Assembly: GCA_963675495.1 (NCBI GenBank)
Contig: OY776215.1
Coordinates: 416,001 to 480,000 of the forward strand
DNA length: 64,000 nt
Reading direction: 5' to 3'
From: an uncultured Methanolobus sp.
GTDB lineage: Archaea; Halobacteriota; Methanosarcinia; Methanosarcinales; Methanosarcinaceae
Shown here: piece after piece, positions 43,699-53,278 of the stretch
How positions within the stretch are numbered: position 1 is the first letter of the stretch
Layout of the letters: each line of letters begins with the position of its first letter
Translations under genes and position numbers: made by a program
The notes under the pieces: model-generated
What the model saw: only the letters and a program-made list of their open reading frames with translations
Databases searched by the model: none
Told to the model about the DNA's origin: nothing

Positions 43699-44118
43699 TC
43701 AGATCAATACTTTAAAGCGACATTCTTTATCTCCGGCAAGAATTGTTTTTTCCATTAAAACATTTACATCCCGACCCAGACCAATTTTGAATTTCTTTTT
43801 TAGATTTCCCAGGGTACAGTAACAGAGAGTTTTAGAGGCATCTTTGGTGTCCTGGTTAATAAGTGGACAGTAGCATTTATCAAAAACAACATAAACATTT
43901 TCATTTTCGATTTTAACTCTCCATTGTTGAGACAATTTTATGAGAAAATCATATTCGTTCTTAGACTCTTTTCTGATGGATAACAACCTTTCATCTGTAA
44001 GGTGAGTGAACGGACATTCTTCACCACATGTTTCCATAACTTGAATTCTTGTATTTTCATCCAGGTTTTCATCTAAACTTTTAAGTAACTGTTTAAGCCA
44101 AATATTCGTTTCAACCAT
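43699..44118 (-). CDS. Cys-rich DUF6144/V4R-like hypothetical protein
   Basis: 'CGEECP', 'CYCP', 'LCYCTLG', 'GDKECRF'. Confidence 0.65.
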   Translation of the reverse strand: MVETNIWLKQLLKSLDENLDENTRIQVMETCGEECPFTHLTDERLLSIRKESKNEYDFLIKLSQQWRVKIENENVYVVFDKCYCPLINQDTKDASKTLCYCTLGNLKKKFKIGLGRDVNVLMEKTILAGDKECRFKVLI

Positions 44119-44451
44119 TTAATGCGAAACTATGATTTTACATAATAAATAGTATCTGTTTGTAGAAAAATATTATTGAATGAATTGTTTTCTTAGAGCC
44201 TATGTATTTCACTAGATAGCATTTATGCCAAATCAAATATATCATGCTTAAATAATAGCGGCTTGATACCAACCTATATGATTCACTTTAACATTATTTA
44301 AGATATTAGTAAAAATAATTTATAGCCCCACACATTTCAATTTTTTCGATTAAAATAAATAAGTTTATATGGATTCTGGTTTACTACAGTGTAAATATGT
44401 TTTGTGCTTATATTTGACTTTTTGCTTTATTAAAAGATCACTGGTGGTACT

Positions 44452-47400
44452 GTGAATTTAAAAAACGTGTTCGTACTTATTTTAGTTTTGACAGCCTCTA
44501 TCGACCTTGCAGCTTCAGACTCTTCATTTCAAACGGCTTCCTCTTCAAACGAAGCAATAAAGGGAGAAAATCTTGTGTGGGATGAGCTTACAGCACTTTC
44601 AACTACACATACATGGGATGCAAGAACTTTCTCAGGCTTTTATTATGACCTTGACTCAGACAAATACTCCGAATCCCTGACAATAACAGATATTGGAAGA
44701 ACTATTGACTACGGTAACATTGTCTATGAGGCCATACCTGTTGAAAAAAGCTTTAAACGTAGTGAATGGGGCAAGTACACCACCATCAGTTTCCTTGGAG
44801 ACGAATACTTTGCAGCCTACACCAACAACACAACGATAGAAGAATCAGAAAATACAAGTTTGTTGGCTGCAGGAAAATTAGGAATGATACTACTTGACGA
44901 AGATGATAGTTTTCCTATTTATGCGGACTCGTGCATTTTACTTGAAGAAGGATACGCCCTTGATATAGTAGAAGTCAATGTGACGGAGAACACCGTAAAT
45001 GTTTCTCTCACAAAAGATGGAGTAGAGGTTGATAGAGTTACAATACCAAGTAATACGGATTATGTCTACAAAAAAAATCGAGGTGATGCTGACAATGTCA
45101 CAATCATTTCAATACATTTCAAAGATACATACCAAGACACACCATCAAATGCTGTCTTTGTTGAAGGAATGTTCCAGATATCAGATAATTATCTGAAACT
45201 CGAAAGCGGGGATACCTTTAGCAATATGCAGATCAAAGCTGTGGATGATACTGAAATACGGATGATAAATCCACACTCTATATTCCTTGCAAAAAATAGC
45301 AATATCGGATTGATGGGCAATATTCTTTTGCGGATTGCTGATAGCGATACTCTGCGCTTCTCACCTTCAGTTGACAGGAGCGTACCTGGTACATATGGAC
45401 TAAGGGGAACTGTTGCAGAAAATAAAACTTACACATGGACACCTCTAAATTTTGAAGGTTTTTATTATGACATCAATACTAGTGTCGGGACTGAAAAACT
45501 CGATATCATTGACCTGAATGGAAGGATAATTGAAGCAGGTGACCTAGAATATACAAGCACAATTCAGGAAGTGGATTTCAAGGCTAATTTCAGCGATCTG
45601 GACCCTGCGAATTTTCCGGCAAAATATCCAGCCATGTGTTTATTTGGAGAAATGTATGTTCCCCTGACTAATAGTACCCCGGACAAGCTTACAAAATTAC
45701 TTATAGATAACAATGAAAATTATATCCTTGCACTTGAAGAAACACTCGCTATAAATGATGAATATACTCTTTTCCTGAAGCATATCAATACAGATAATAA
45801 AATGGCTTGGCTCGAACTTTCAAGGAATGGGGAAGAGATTCATGATCAGATAATAACTATAGGGAACTACGGCGACACGATAGTCTACGAAGAAGATATT
45901 GAAGACCAAGATGACGTCGAGATTATGAGAATACACCTAAACAATGTAGCACTAAACAATACAGTTACAATTGATGGTATCTGGTTAAGGGATGATAAAA
46001 ATATTGTTGAAATGAATATCGGAGACCCTTTTACTAAACTTTCGGTTTCAGAGATTGGAAAGAACTATCTCAAAATGACCAATGATGAAACTATAACTCT
46101 AATTCGTGACTCTGTCGTCGATATTGTAGGGAATTTTGTATTTAGAGTAGCAGACGATGATGTTCTGCGATATTATCCTTATACTGAAATAACAACTTCT
46201 TCAGAATTATCTATTTACACATTTACTCCGGATACCCTGAATCCAGAGTCTTATGAAGGAGATTCGATTAGTTTCAGTATCGTGCTAAGCGAAAAAGCAG
46301 ATGTCACATGGATCATGGATGAAGAAAAACTTTATAAAAATAACTCAGTCACAACTGCATCATGCAGCAATAGAAGTGCAAATATTGGAATGCATAACCT
46401 GATAGCAATTGCAGAGAATGAGAATGGAAATGTTCAAAAACAGTGGACATGGATAGTAGAAGAACATCCGCTTGAGTTCATCGATCTTGAACCTGCTAGT
46501 TACTGCTCTATGGTTATTGGTGAATCTAAAATTTTTTATGCTCGTGCCATCCAAAATTGTACAATTGAATGGTATCTCAATGATATATTGGTTCAAACTG
46601 ATCAAAACATATCAACTTCAACTTACAATTTTGATTCTTTGATAAATAACATATCTTCACCTTTAACTTATCGCATAAAAGCAATAGCATCAAACCAGAA
46701 TGAAACTTACGAAAATGAATGGCGCTGTTATGTGAAGAAAAAAACACTTCGTGAAGGACAAACATGGGAACTTAAAGATGGATACACACTGACACCATCA
46801 TTAATTGACGGAAATGGAGATAAAACCCTAATTAGCCTAAGCAAAAATGAAGAGCTGCTTGACCAACATATTGTATCGACAGACAGTTACTATTGTTATA
46901 ACAGAACGCTTAATGGAAGCGAGCAGAACCTCATAAAAGCGTATGTTGCAGATATATACCGGGGTCAAATAGATAGTTTAATTGTTATAACGGAAATTGC
47001 GCAATACTCCGATACAGGTACATTAGACACAGACCCAACAAGGCTGCTGGAACTTGAAGGGGTATGGAACCTTGGAAATGGTTATTCAATAAAAGCAGTT
47101 GATATAGGCGAAAAGGAAGATTATTGCGTACTTTTCCTTGACAAAGATGGTACAACAGTGGACGAACGAATCATGAGTGACAGTGATGCTTATGAATACC
47201 AACGAATGGATGAATACACAAATAATGTTAAAACAATTCTGGAACTTCCTGTTTTGAGTGGATTTTACTCACATTCCGGGAGCTATGTGGAATTTTTAAA
47301 TAATTACACGCTGTATCCTGATGAAAATACCGTTGACATAAATCTTCTTTTGTTGATTCCAGCAGGAGATAAGTGGAACCTTGGTAATGGTTATTCCGTC

Positions 47401-50400
47401 ACAGTAGAAGAAATATCTGACAAAAAAGCATTGTTTTCCATTGAAAAGGAAGGAACGATCGTAGACCGTGTCATAATTGATGAAAATAGTAATTATAAAT
47501 ATGAGAGATCCGACCTGGTCACCAAAGAAATTCTCCAGATAATAACAATTAATTCATCAAAGATATTTGACGGATATTCTGAAAATTTTGTTGAATTCTA
47601 TTCTGACTATCAAATTAACTCAGATGCTGGCACAGTAGCTCTTGATGACAAGACATTGATGGAACCTGGTGAATCAGCGGAATTAAATGAAGGATACTGT
47701 CTTAATTTAGTATCTACTGATATTAATGTCGATAAAGCATATTTCAACCTGACTAAGAATGGACAATTGTATGATGAATTAATCTTAAGATCTGGAGAAT
47801 ATTATCACTTCAACAGGTCAGTGAACGGAACTGAACAGACAATCATCAGTTTCCTGCTTGACAACGTTTTCACAGGTGAAACGAACAGAGTTGCAATTGT
47901 TAAAGAGATTGTCCAGAATCCAGATGTAATTATTGATGAAATAACCATTACAGAGAAGGATAACGTAAAAATTAGAAGTAACATATACAGTGGAACTGGT
48001 CTTGACGACATTATAAGTCTTGGCAATGATGATTATATTGAGATAAATGCATCCACCTTCGCGGGCTTTTTCTATAATATGGATGAAGGAGTGTCAACTG
48101 AAACACTGAGGATATTCGGTGGGAACTATTCAAACAGAAATACGGTTGATATCAATGGAATTGTTTATACTACCAGACTAGCACCAATCAAGTTTGCAAG
48201 CGACAACATAGATGGTGATTATAACGTCATTGGGCTTTTTGGTGAAAGTTACGCACCCTTAAAAACCAATAGACAAGATGAGGTTGCTAAAATACTCGTT
48301 GACAGTGATGAAAAACAAGTGTTAAGTCTTGGTGAACCTCTTGAATTACCGGAAGGTTATTCCATTGAAGCAAAGCAAATCGATGTTGAAGGGGAAAAGG
48401 TATGGATGGAGCTAACCAAAGATGGAGAATTTATCGAAGATGAAGTGATTGATGTTCCAAACACTGGTGAAACATGGATTTATGATAAGGATATTGGCGA
48501 AGAAGAGGATGTTGTGCTTATGGCAATGAATGTCACAAGCATATTCCGTGCTGACTCTGATGGTATTGTCATTATTGAAGGCCTGTGGCTGATTGACTTT
48601 GATAATATAATTCAGGTAGATATCGGAGACCAGTTCGGTGAAATGCAAGTTACTGAAATCGGCACTGATTATCTCAAATTCAGCAATCCCAGTCAGATCA
48701 ATCTAACAAAGGACTCGTCAATCAAGATTGCAAACGACTTATTCTTTGAAGTAGAAGACAATGAACACCTGAGTTTCTGCATTGCAAAAGAAACTGACAA
48801 TAGCACTACACATGAAATTAGAGGATCAATTTCAGAGAACGCGATAATATCTGAATGGACCTCTATGAACTTCAAAGGATTCTATTATGACTTTGGCGGA
48901 GATGCTGAAACTGAAAAACTCAGCGTTGAACTGTCTGACAGGAACATAGAAGAAAATGACCTGATATATGAAACGGTCTCCATGCAGGCCGGTTTCGAAC
49001 GTGAAGAATGGGGAGAATATACAGCTATAGGATTCCTTGGAGAGAAATACCTGACAGCTTATACCGAATCAACTGCATTTGATACCAGCACCACAAACCT
49101 GCTCTCAAGTGCCATGTTATCCAGAGTTCTCATGGATGATAATGACAGCTATGTCCTTTATCCTCATTCAAGAATTATTCTTGAGGATGGATATGAACTT
49201 GGGGTCCGTGCTATTAATGCAAGCAATAATAGTGTCATTTTGTCAATCTCAAAGGACGAAGCAGAAGTTGATACTGCCATAGTTCATGCAAATAGTGATT
49301 ACACGTACAAGACGGATCTATCGCTTGTCAACAACGTAACAACTATTGCAGTTCATTTCAATGGCATCACTAACGACAGCGATACAAACAGCATATCTAT
49401 AGAAGGCATATTCCAGATATCGGATGAATGCCTTAACCTGGACATCGGTGATACATACGGAAAGGTGAAAATATCCTGTATTTCTGCTGACAGTATAAGC
49501 ATGGATAACGGAAATGATATACTGCTCTCAAAAGACAGTAGTATAAACATAACAGAGAACATACATTTCAGGGTTGCAGATGATGACGACATCAGGTTCT
49601 ATCCATTCATGATGATCAACGCACCTTCTCTGGAGTTCCATACCCTGACACCTGGAAATCATGATCTTGAAATGGAGACGGGCTCCACGCAGAATTTCGA
49701 CATCACTGCAAACAATATCTGTAATTTTACCTGGATGGTTAATGATATTGCAATGCAGGCCAATATTTCATGCACATCGTCCTTTTATTCATATACTCCT
49801 GCTTCTGCAGGTTCATACAATGTAACAATTGTTGCCGAAACTGCAACTGAAAAGATCCATGATACATGGAACATTGTAGTGACCAGTAAAGAATCAACTA
49901 CCACAACAACCCCATCATCCGGCGGTTCATCTGACGGCGGCGGTGGAGGTGGCTCCACGGGAGAAGATTACGATAATATTCTGAAAAAGGAAGTAATACG
50001 TGAAATTGTAAACAAGGATACGGAAACTTCCTACTACTTTGAGGAAGAATTGAATGCGCTCGAATCCATAAAGTTCACTGCACTTAAGAATTCAGGACCA
50101 ATTTCAGCAACAATCGAAGTTCTGAAAGGCAGCTCATCATTCACAGATACAGCACCTTCTGATATAGTCTACCAGAATATGAATATCTGGATCGGTAAAA
50201 AAGGATTTGCAACTCCTGAAAATATCAAGGATGTAAGAATCCAGTTCAAAGTAGCAAAGACATGGATAAAGGAAAACGGTATTATTGAATCCTCAATTTG
50301 TCTGTGCAGATACAATGATGATAGCTGGAATCAGTTGAGCACTCTAAAAGTTGACGAGGATGAGAATTATATCTATTTCATATCTGAAACACCCGGTTTC

Positions 50401-50622
50401 TCACCATTTGCCATAACAGGAAATACCGGGAAAGAGTTGTCAGGTCAAGAGGATACGCGGTATAACCAACCGATTGGAGATATACAAAGTGACACTCCTA
50501 CTTCTGGAAATGAAAGTGAAGATAAGTCCACTGAGCAAAGTACAAACACTCCCGGAGTTAGTGTTGGATTGATTGCAACAATTGTGTCGTTTGCAGCTTT
50601 GGTTTTGAGGAAAAGGAATTGA
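44452..50622 (+). CDS. Giant S-layer family protein (multiple DUF1608 domains, Ig-like domains, PGF-pre-PGF, PGV-variant C-terminal anchor)
   Basis: Four 'F.GF(Y/F)Y(D/N)' DUF1608 starts; Gly/Ser linker; 'ETPGFSPFAI'; C-terminal TPGV + TM helix + RKRN. Confidence 0.9.
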   Translation: MNLKNVFVLILVLTASIDLAASDSSFQTASSSNEAIKGENLVWDELTALSTTHTWDARTFSGFYYDLDSDKYSESLTITDIGRTIDYGNIVYEAIPVEKSFKRSEWGKYTTISFLGDEYFAAYTNNTTIEESENTSLLAAGKLGMILLDEDDSFPIYADSCILLEEGYALDIVEVNVTENTVNVSLTKDGVEVDRVTIPSNTDYVYKKNRGDADNVTIISIHFKDTYQDTPSNAVFVEGMFQISDNYLKLESGDTFSNMQIKAVDDTEIRMINPHSIFLAKNSNIGLMGNILLRIADSDTLRFSPSVDRSVPGTYGLRGTVAENKTYTWTPLNFEGFYYDINTSVGTEKLDIIDLNGRIIEAGDLEYTSTIQEVDFKANFSDLDPANFPAKYPAMCLFGEMYVPLTNSTPDKLTKLLIDNNENYILALEETLAINDEYTLFLKHINTDNKMAWLELSRNGEEIHDQIITIGNYGDTIVYEEDIEDQDDVEIMRIHLNNVALNNTVTIDGIWLRDDKNIVEMNIGDPFTKLSVSEIGKNYLKMTNDETITLIRDSVVDIVGNFVFRVADDDVLRYYPYTEITTSSELSIYTFTPDTLNPESYEGDSISFSIVLSEKADVTWIMDEEKLYKNNSVTTASCSNRSANIGMHNLIAIAENENGNVQKQWTWIVEEHPLEFIDLEPASYCSMVIGESKIFYARAIQNCTIEWYLNDILVQTDQNISTSTYNFDSLINNISSPLTYRIKAIASNQNETYENEWRCYVKKKTLREGQTWELKDGYTLTPSLIDGNGDKTLISLSKNEELLDQHIVSTDSYYCYNRTLNGSEQNLIKAYVADIYRGQIDSLIVITEIAQYSDTGTLDTDPTRLLELEGVWNLGNGYSIKAVDIGEKEDYCVLFLDKDGTTVDERIMSDSDAYEYQRMDEYTNNVKTILELPVLSGFYSHSGSYVEFLNNYTLYPDENTVDINLLLLIPAGDKWNLGNGYSVTVEEISDKKALFSIEKEGTIVDRVIIDENSNYKYERSDLVTKEILQIITINSSKIFDGYSENFVEFYSDYQINSDAGTVALDDKTLMEPGESAELNEGYCLNLVSTDINVDKAYFNLTKNGQLYDELILRSGEYYHFNRSVNGTEQTIISFLLDNVFTGETNRVAIVKEIVQNPDVIIDEITITEKDNVKIRSNIYSGTGLDDIISLGNDDYIEINASTFAGFFYNMDEGVSTETLRIFGGNYSNRNTVDINGIVYTTRLAPIKFASDNIDGDYNVIGLFGESYAPLKTNRQDEVAKILVDSDEKQVLSLGEPLELPEGYSIEAKQIDVEGEKVWMELTKDGEFIEDEVIDVPNTGETWIYDKDIGEEEDVVLMAMNVTSIFRADSDGIVIIEGLWLIDFDNIIQVDIGDQFGEMQVTEIGTDYLKFSNPSQINLTKDSSIKIANDLFFEVEDNEHLSFCIAKETDNSTTHEIRGSISENAIISEWTSMNFKGFYYDFGGDAETEKLSVELSDRNIEENDLIYETVSMQAGFEREEWGEYTAIGFLGEKYLTAYTESTAFDTSTTNLLSSAMLSRVLMDDNDSYVLYPHSRIILEDGYELGVRAINASNNSVILSISKDEAEVDTAIVHANSDYTYKTDLSLVNNVTTIAVHFNGITNDSDTNSISIEGIFQISDECLNLDIGDTYGKVKISCISADSISMDNGNDILLSKDSSINITENIHFRVADDDDIRFYPFMMINAPSLEFHTLTPGNHDLEMETGSTQNFDITANNICNFTWMVNDIAMQANISCTSSFYSYTPASAGSYNVTIVAETATEKIHDTWNIVVTSKESTTTTTPSSGGSSDGGGGGGSTGEDYDNILKKEVIREIVNKDTETSYYFEEELNALESIKFTALKNSGPISATIEVLKGSSSFTDTAPSDIVYQNMNIWIGKKGFATPENIKDVRIQFKVAKTWIKENGIIESSICLCRYNDDSWNQLSTLKVDEDENYIYFISETPGFSPFAITGNTGKELSGQEDTRYNQPIGDIQSDTPTSGNESEDKSTEQSTNTPGVSVGLIATIVSFAALVLRKRN

Positions 50623-50717
50623 AATTTCAATCCCTCTATTCTTTATTTCAGGCTTTAGAGATTATTTGGCAGTTTTCTATGCCCAGACATGAACGAATAA
50701 AATAACTAATTTTATGC

Positions 50718-51824
50718 TTAATGCCGTTTCCTGAAGAACACAAAGAACACCATGAATATGGCCATCGGTGTCAATATGTGACCCAATGCTGCTGATTGCT
50801 CGGTTTCTCCCTCAAAGGGTTCAAGGTTTACATCTTCCGGAAGATATAATTCAGTTTCTGGATGGAATGCATACCATGCGAACCAGAAGTCACGCTCCTT
50901 TACTATTTCCTCACCTGTATCAATGTTTGTGATGGTAACAATTCCGGCTTCATCTCTTTTTATCATGATATTCGTGCCGGCAACAGTATCCTCTATTTCA
51001 CCCATTTCAATAAGATCATCTTCGCGGTAAGCTTTGAAAGTGGCATTTACCTCAACACCAAAGACCACTGTTTTGGGGTGCACACTCCTGTCTATATCCT
51101 CAACCGGGAAGAATACGAAACTATTCTCGTAATAACTACCATAGGGATCATTTCCGTAGGGTCTGTCAAATCCCGTATCCTGACTTAATACCTCTGAATC
51201 CGGATGTACGGCTTTCCATTCTCTCCAGGGTACGGTATCTATGGAAATGGAAATAAGCTCCATTCCTGTAAGTTCACCCACAATGGCCTGTCCTCCTATC
51301 TGGGTCCAATAAGAGTTTGTTTTCCTGTCATACATCACAAGATTTGAATTGTAGAGTTTTCCGGATGTACCAAACTCCACGGTTTCCCCGTTTATTGTCC
51401 GTTTGTATGCTATTCCTGAGCCACAAAGAGGACAGTAGCTTATGAGGATCGGCTCACCTTGAATCTCTTCATTGACAATCTCATGCCAGGTCATTATCTG
51501 CAGGGGATAAACCCTCTTTGTGCCATTATATATGAGTCCCAGAACCAGTTCATTATCAGCTATCCACTTGTCTGCTTCCTCAACTGTGACAAATTTTGGA
51601 TCATCTATGGATGGTATACCGTCCATTGGGGGTCCTCCGGAGACGATATCTTCGGGGTCGACTATGTATCTTACACCCATTTCAGTGAGCATTGTCCCTT
51701 GTTCTTCTTCCATCTCTGTAAGCTCAGGCAGCTTTTCTAAAAGAACTTCTTCCTGTGCAGACCCGCTTATAACAAGCATGCAGATCACTAACAAAAAAAC
51801 TGTAATTATGCGTAGGATTCTCAT
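50718..51824 (-). CDS. DUF3179 domain surface protein with CxxC motif and C-terminal TM anchor
   Basis: 'GGPPMDGIPSIDDP', 'HEIVN', 'YCPLCGSG', 'FGTSGKLYNSNLVMYDRKT', 'FWFAWYAFHP'. Confidence 0.88.
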   Translation of the reverse strand: MRILRIITVFLLVICMLVISGSAQEEVLLEKLPELTEMEEEQGTMLTEMGVRYIVDPEDIVSGGPPMDGIPSIDDPKFVTVEEADKWIADNELVLGLIYNGTKRVYPLQIMTWHEIVNEEIQGEPILISYCPLCGSGIAYKRTINGETVEFGTSGKLYNSNLVMYDRKTNSYWTQIGGQAIVGELTGMELISISIDTVPWREWKAVHPDSEVLSQDTGFDRPYGNDPYGSYYENSFVFFPVEDIDRSVHPKTVVFGVEVNATFKAYREDDLIEMGEIEDTVAGTNIMIKRDEAGIVTITNIDTGEEIVKERDFWFAWYAFHPETELYLPEDVNLEPFEGETEQSAALGHILTPMAIFMVFFVFFRKRH

Positions 51825-52510
51825 ATCAATATCTCCTGCACCTTAAACACAAATATAAGATAATATAATGAAATTACCAACATGAATAAACCTGCAAAAA
51901 GATTGATCTTCCTTTTATACTGGACAAGGAAACTTATAATTTTCATGCTTTTTGTCAGTGACAACAATGAGAAAACTATCAGAGGGAAACTTATTCCCAG
52001 TCCAAATGCAATGAAATTGAGCATATTCCCCACAAAGTCTATCGTTGTCAGGGTTTTGGCAAAAAGGGCAGCAATGAATCCGGGGTTACAGGGAACTACT
52101 ACAGCTCCAAAAAAGAAGCCATAAAGAAAAGCCGTTATCAGAGGATTTCTTCCATCTGAAACGCTTTTCTGCGGAAGGAACTTACCCAGATCATAATCCA
52201 TTATCAGCAGTATGCTGAGGACAAAGAGTATCCCAAATGCTATAGGGGATACTATTCCCACAACCTTTGTCAGAGAAACCTGAAGTATCGTTGTGAAAAC
52301 AAGTCCCAGCAGAGTCATAAAAACAATTACACCGGTACTGATGAGAATTCCAAAAAACACTGGAAGCTTTCTGTTTTCTTCCTTACCTGACATCTGGTCG
52401 GAAAGATATGCAAGAAAAGCGGGATATAGAGGCAATACGCATATTGCCGTAAGAGGAGTTAGCAAACCCAGGAAAAATGAAGTGAAAAGATTAGCAAAGA
52501 AGCCTATCAT
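51821..52510 (-). CDS. ccdA: CcdA/DsbD-beta transmembrane thiol-disulfide transporter
   Basis: Six TM helices; 'CVLPLYP' and 'PCNPG' cysteines. Confidence 0.85.
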   Translation of the reverse strand: MIGFFANLFTSFFLGLLTPLTAICVLPLYPAFLAYLSDQMSGKEENRKLPVFFGILISTGVIVFMTLLGLVFTTILQVSLTKVVGIVSPIAFGILFVLSILLIMDYDLGKFLPQKSVSDGRNPLITAFLYGFFFGAVVVPCNPGFIAALFAKTLTTIDFVGNMLNFIAFGLGISFPLIVFSLLSLTKSMKIISFLVQYKRKINLFAGLFMLVISLYYLIFVFKVQEILI

Positions 52511-52511
52511 T

Positions 52512-53045
52512 TCAACACCCTTGATCTAGCTCTTCCTGCAAGTCCTCCGGTGATTTCACACCTCTTGGCATAAGCCTTGCAGACTGGTCCTCACATATTA
52601 GCACTACAGGAGCACTTGGAGCTACTACAACCTGTGAACCGAACTCACCTATCATGGATTGTGTCATTTCAGGAGGAGCAATTGCAAAATACCAGTCAAA
52701 ACCATTATTTTTGAAATATTCCCTCACCTGCTCTTCATCTTCATTCGGATCGGTATCCAGGGATATATGTACCACAGGAGCACTTGTATTGCCCTCAGTG
52801 AACCGGAAAGTTTGAACCTCTTTTTGCTGTTTCAGGCAGGTGGGACACCAGACAGCAAAACTCTCAAGCATCACAGTACTGCCTTCAAAATCACTTATTT
52901 TGAAAGTTTCACCTGTGGCTATGTCTGTAAGCTCCGTGTCCCTCCAATCAACTAAAACTTCTTCTGTAGTCTGTTCGATACATCCTACAACCAATAGTAC
53001 TGAAATTATGAAAGAAAAAACAAAAATATTTTTTAAAATATGCAT
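52512..53045 (-). CDS. TlpA/ResA-like thioredoxin-fold lipoprotein
   Basis: Lipobox-like 'LVVGC'; 'FAVWCPTC'; 'SLDTDPNE'. Confidence 0.85.
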   Translation of the reverse strand: MHILKNIFVFSFIISVLLVVGCIEQTTEEVLVDWRDTELTDIATGETFKISDFEGSTVMLESFAVWCPTCLKQQKEVQTFRFTEGNTSAPVVHISLDTDPNEDEEQVREYFKNNGFDWYFAIAPPEMTQSMIGEFGSQVVVAPSAPVVLICEDQSARLMPRGVKSPEDLQEELDQGC

Positions 53046-53278
53046 GTATAACCCCTATTAAATTCAGGATGCGATTTCAAATAAAGGTTGTGTTGTCAAA
53101 TTTTTAAAAGGTTATTACTACGCTTTATACTCATCAAGAAAAGCAATATTGTATCATTATTGAGCAAGTGCATTTCCACAGCTTATATTTATATAATGCT
53201 GCATATATTAGTTAAGTGATACTATTTGCCTTATTGTTCAAAGTATAATCACATCCAGTTATAAGAAGAGGTGACGAA

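Noticed and set aside
50618-50631. ATTGAAATTTCAAT palindrome resembling a CRISPR repeat end
   Set aside because: Single copy overlapping a stop codon; more likely terminator-related
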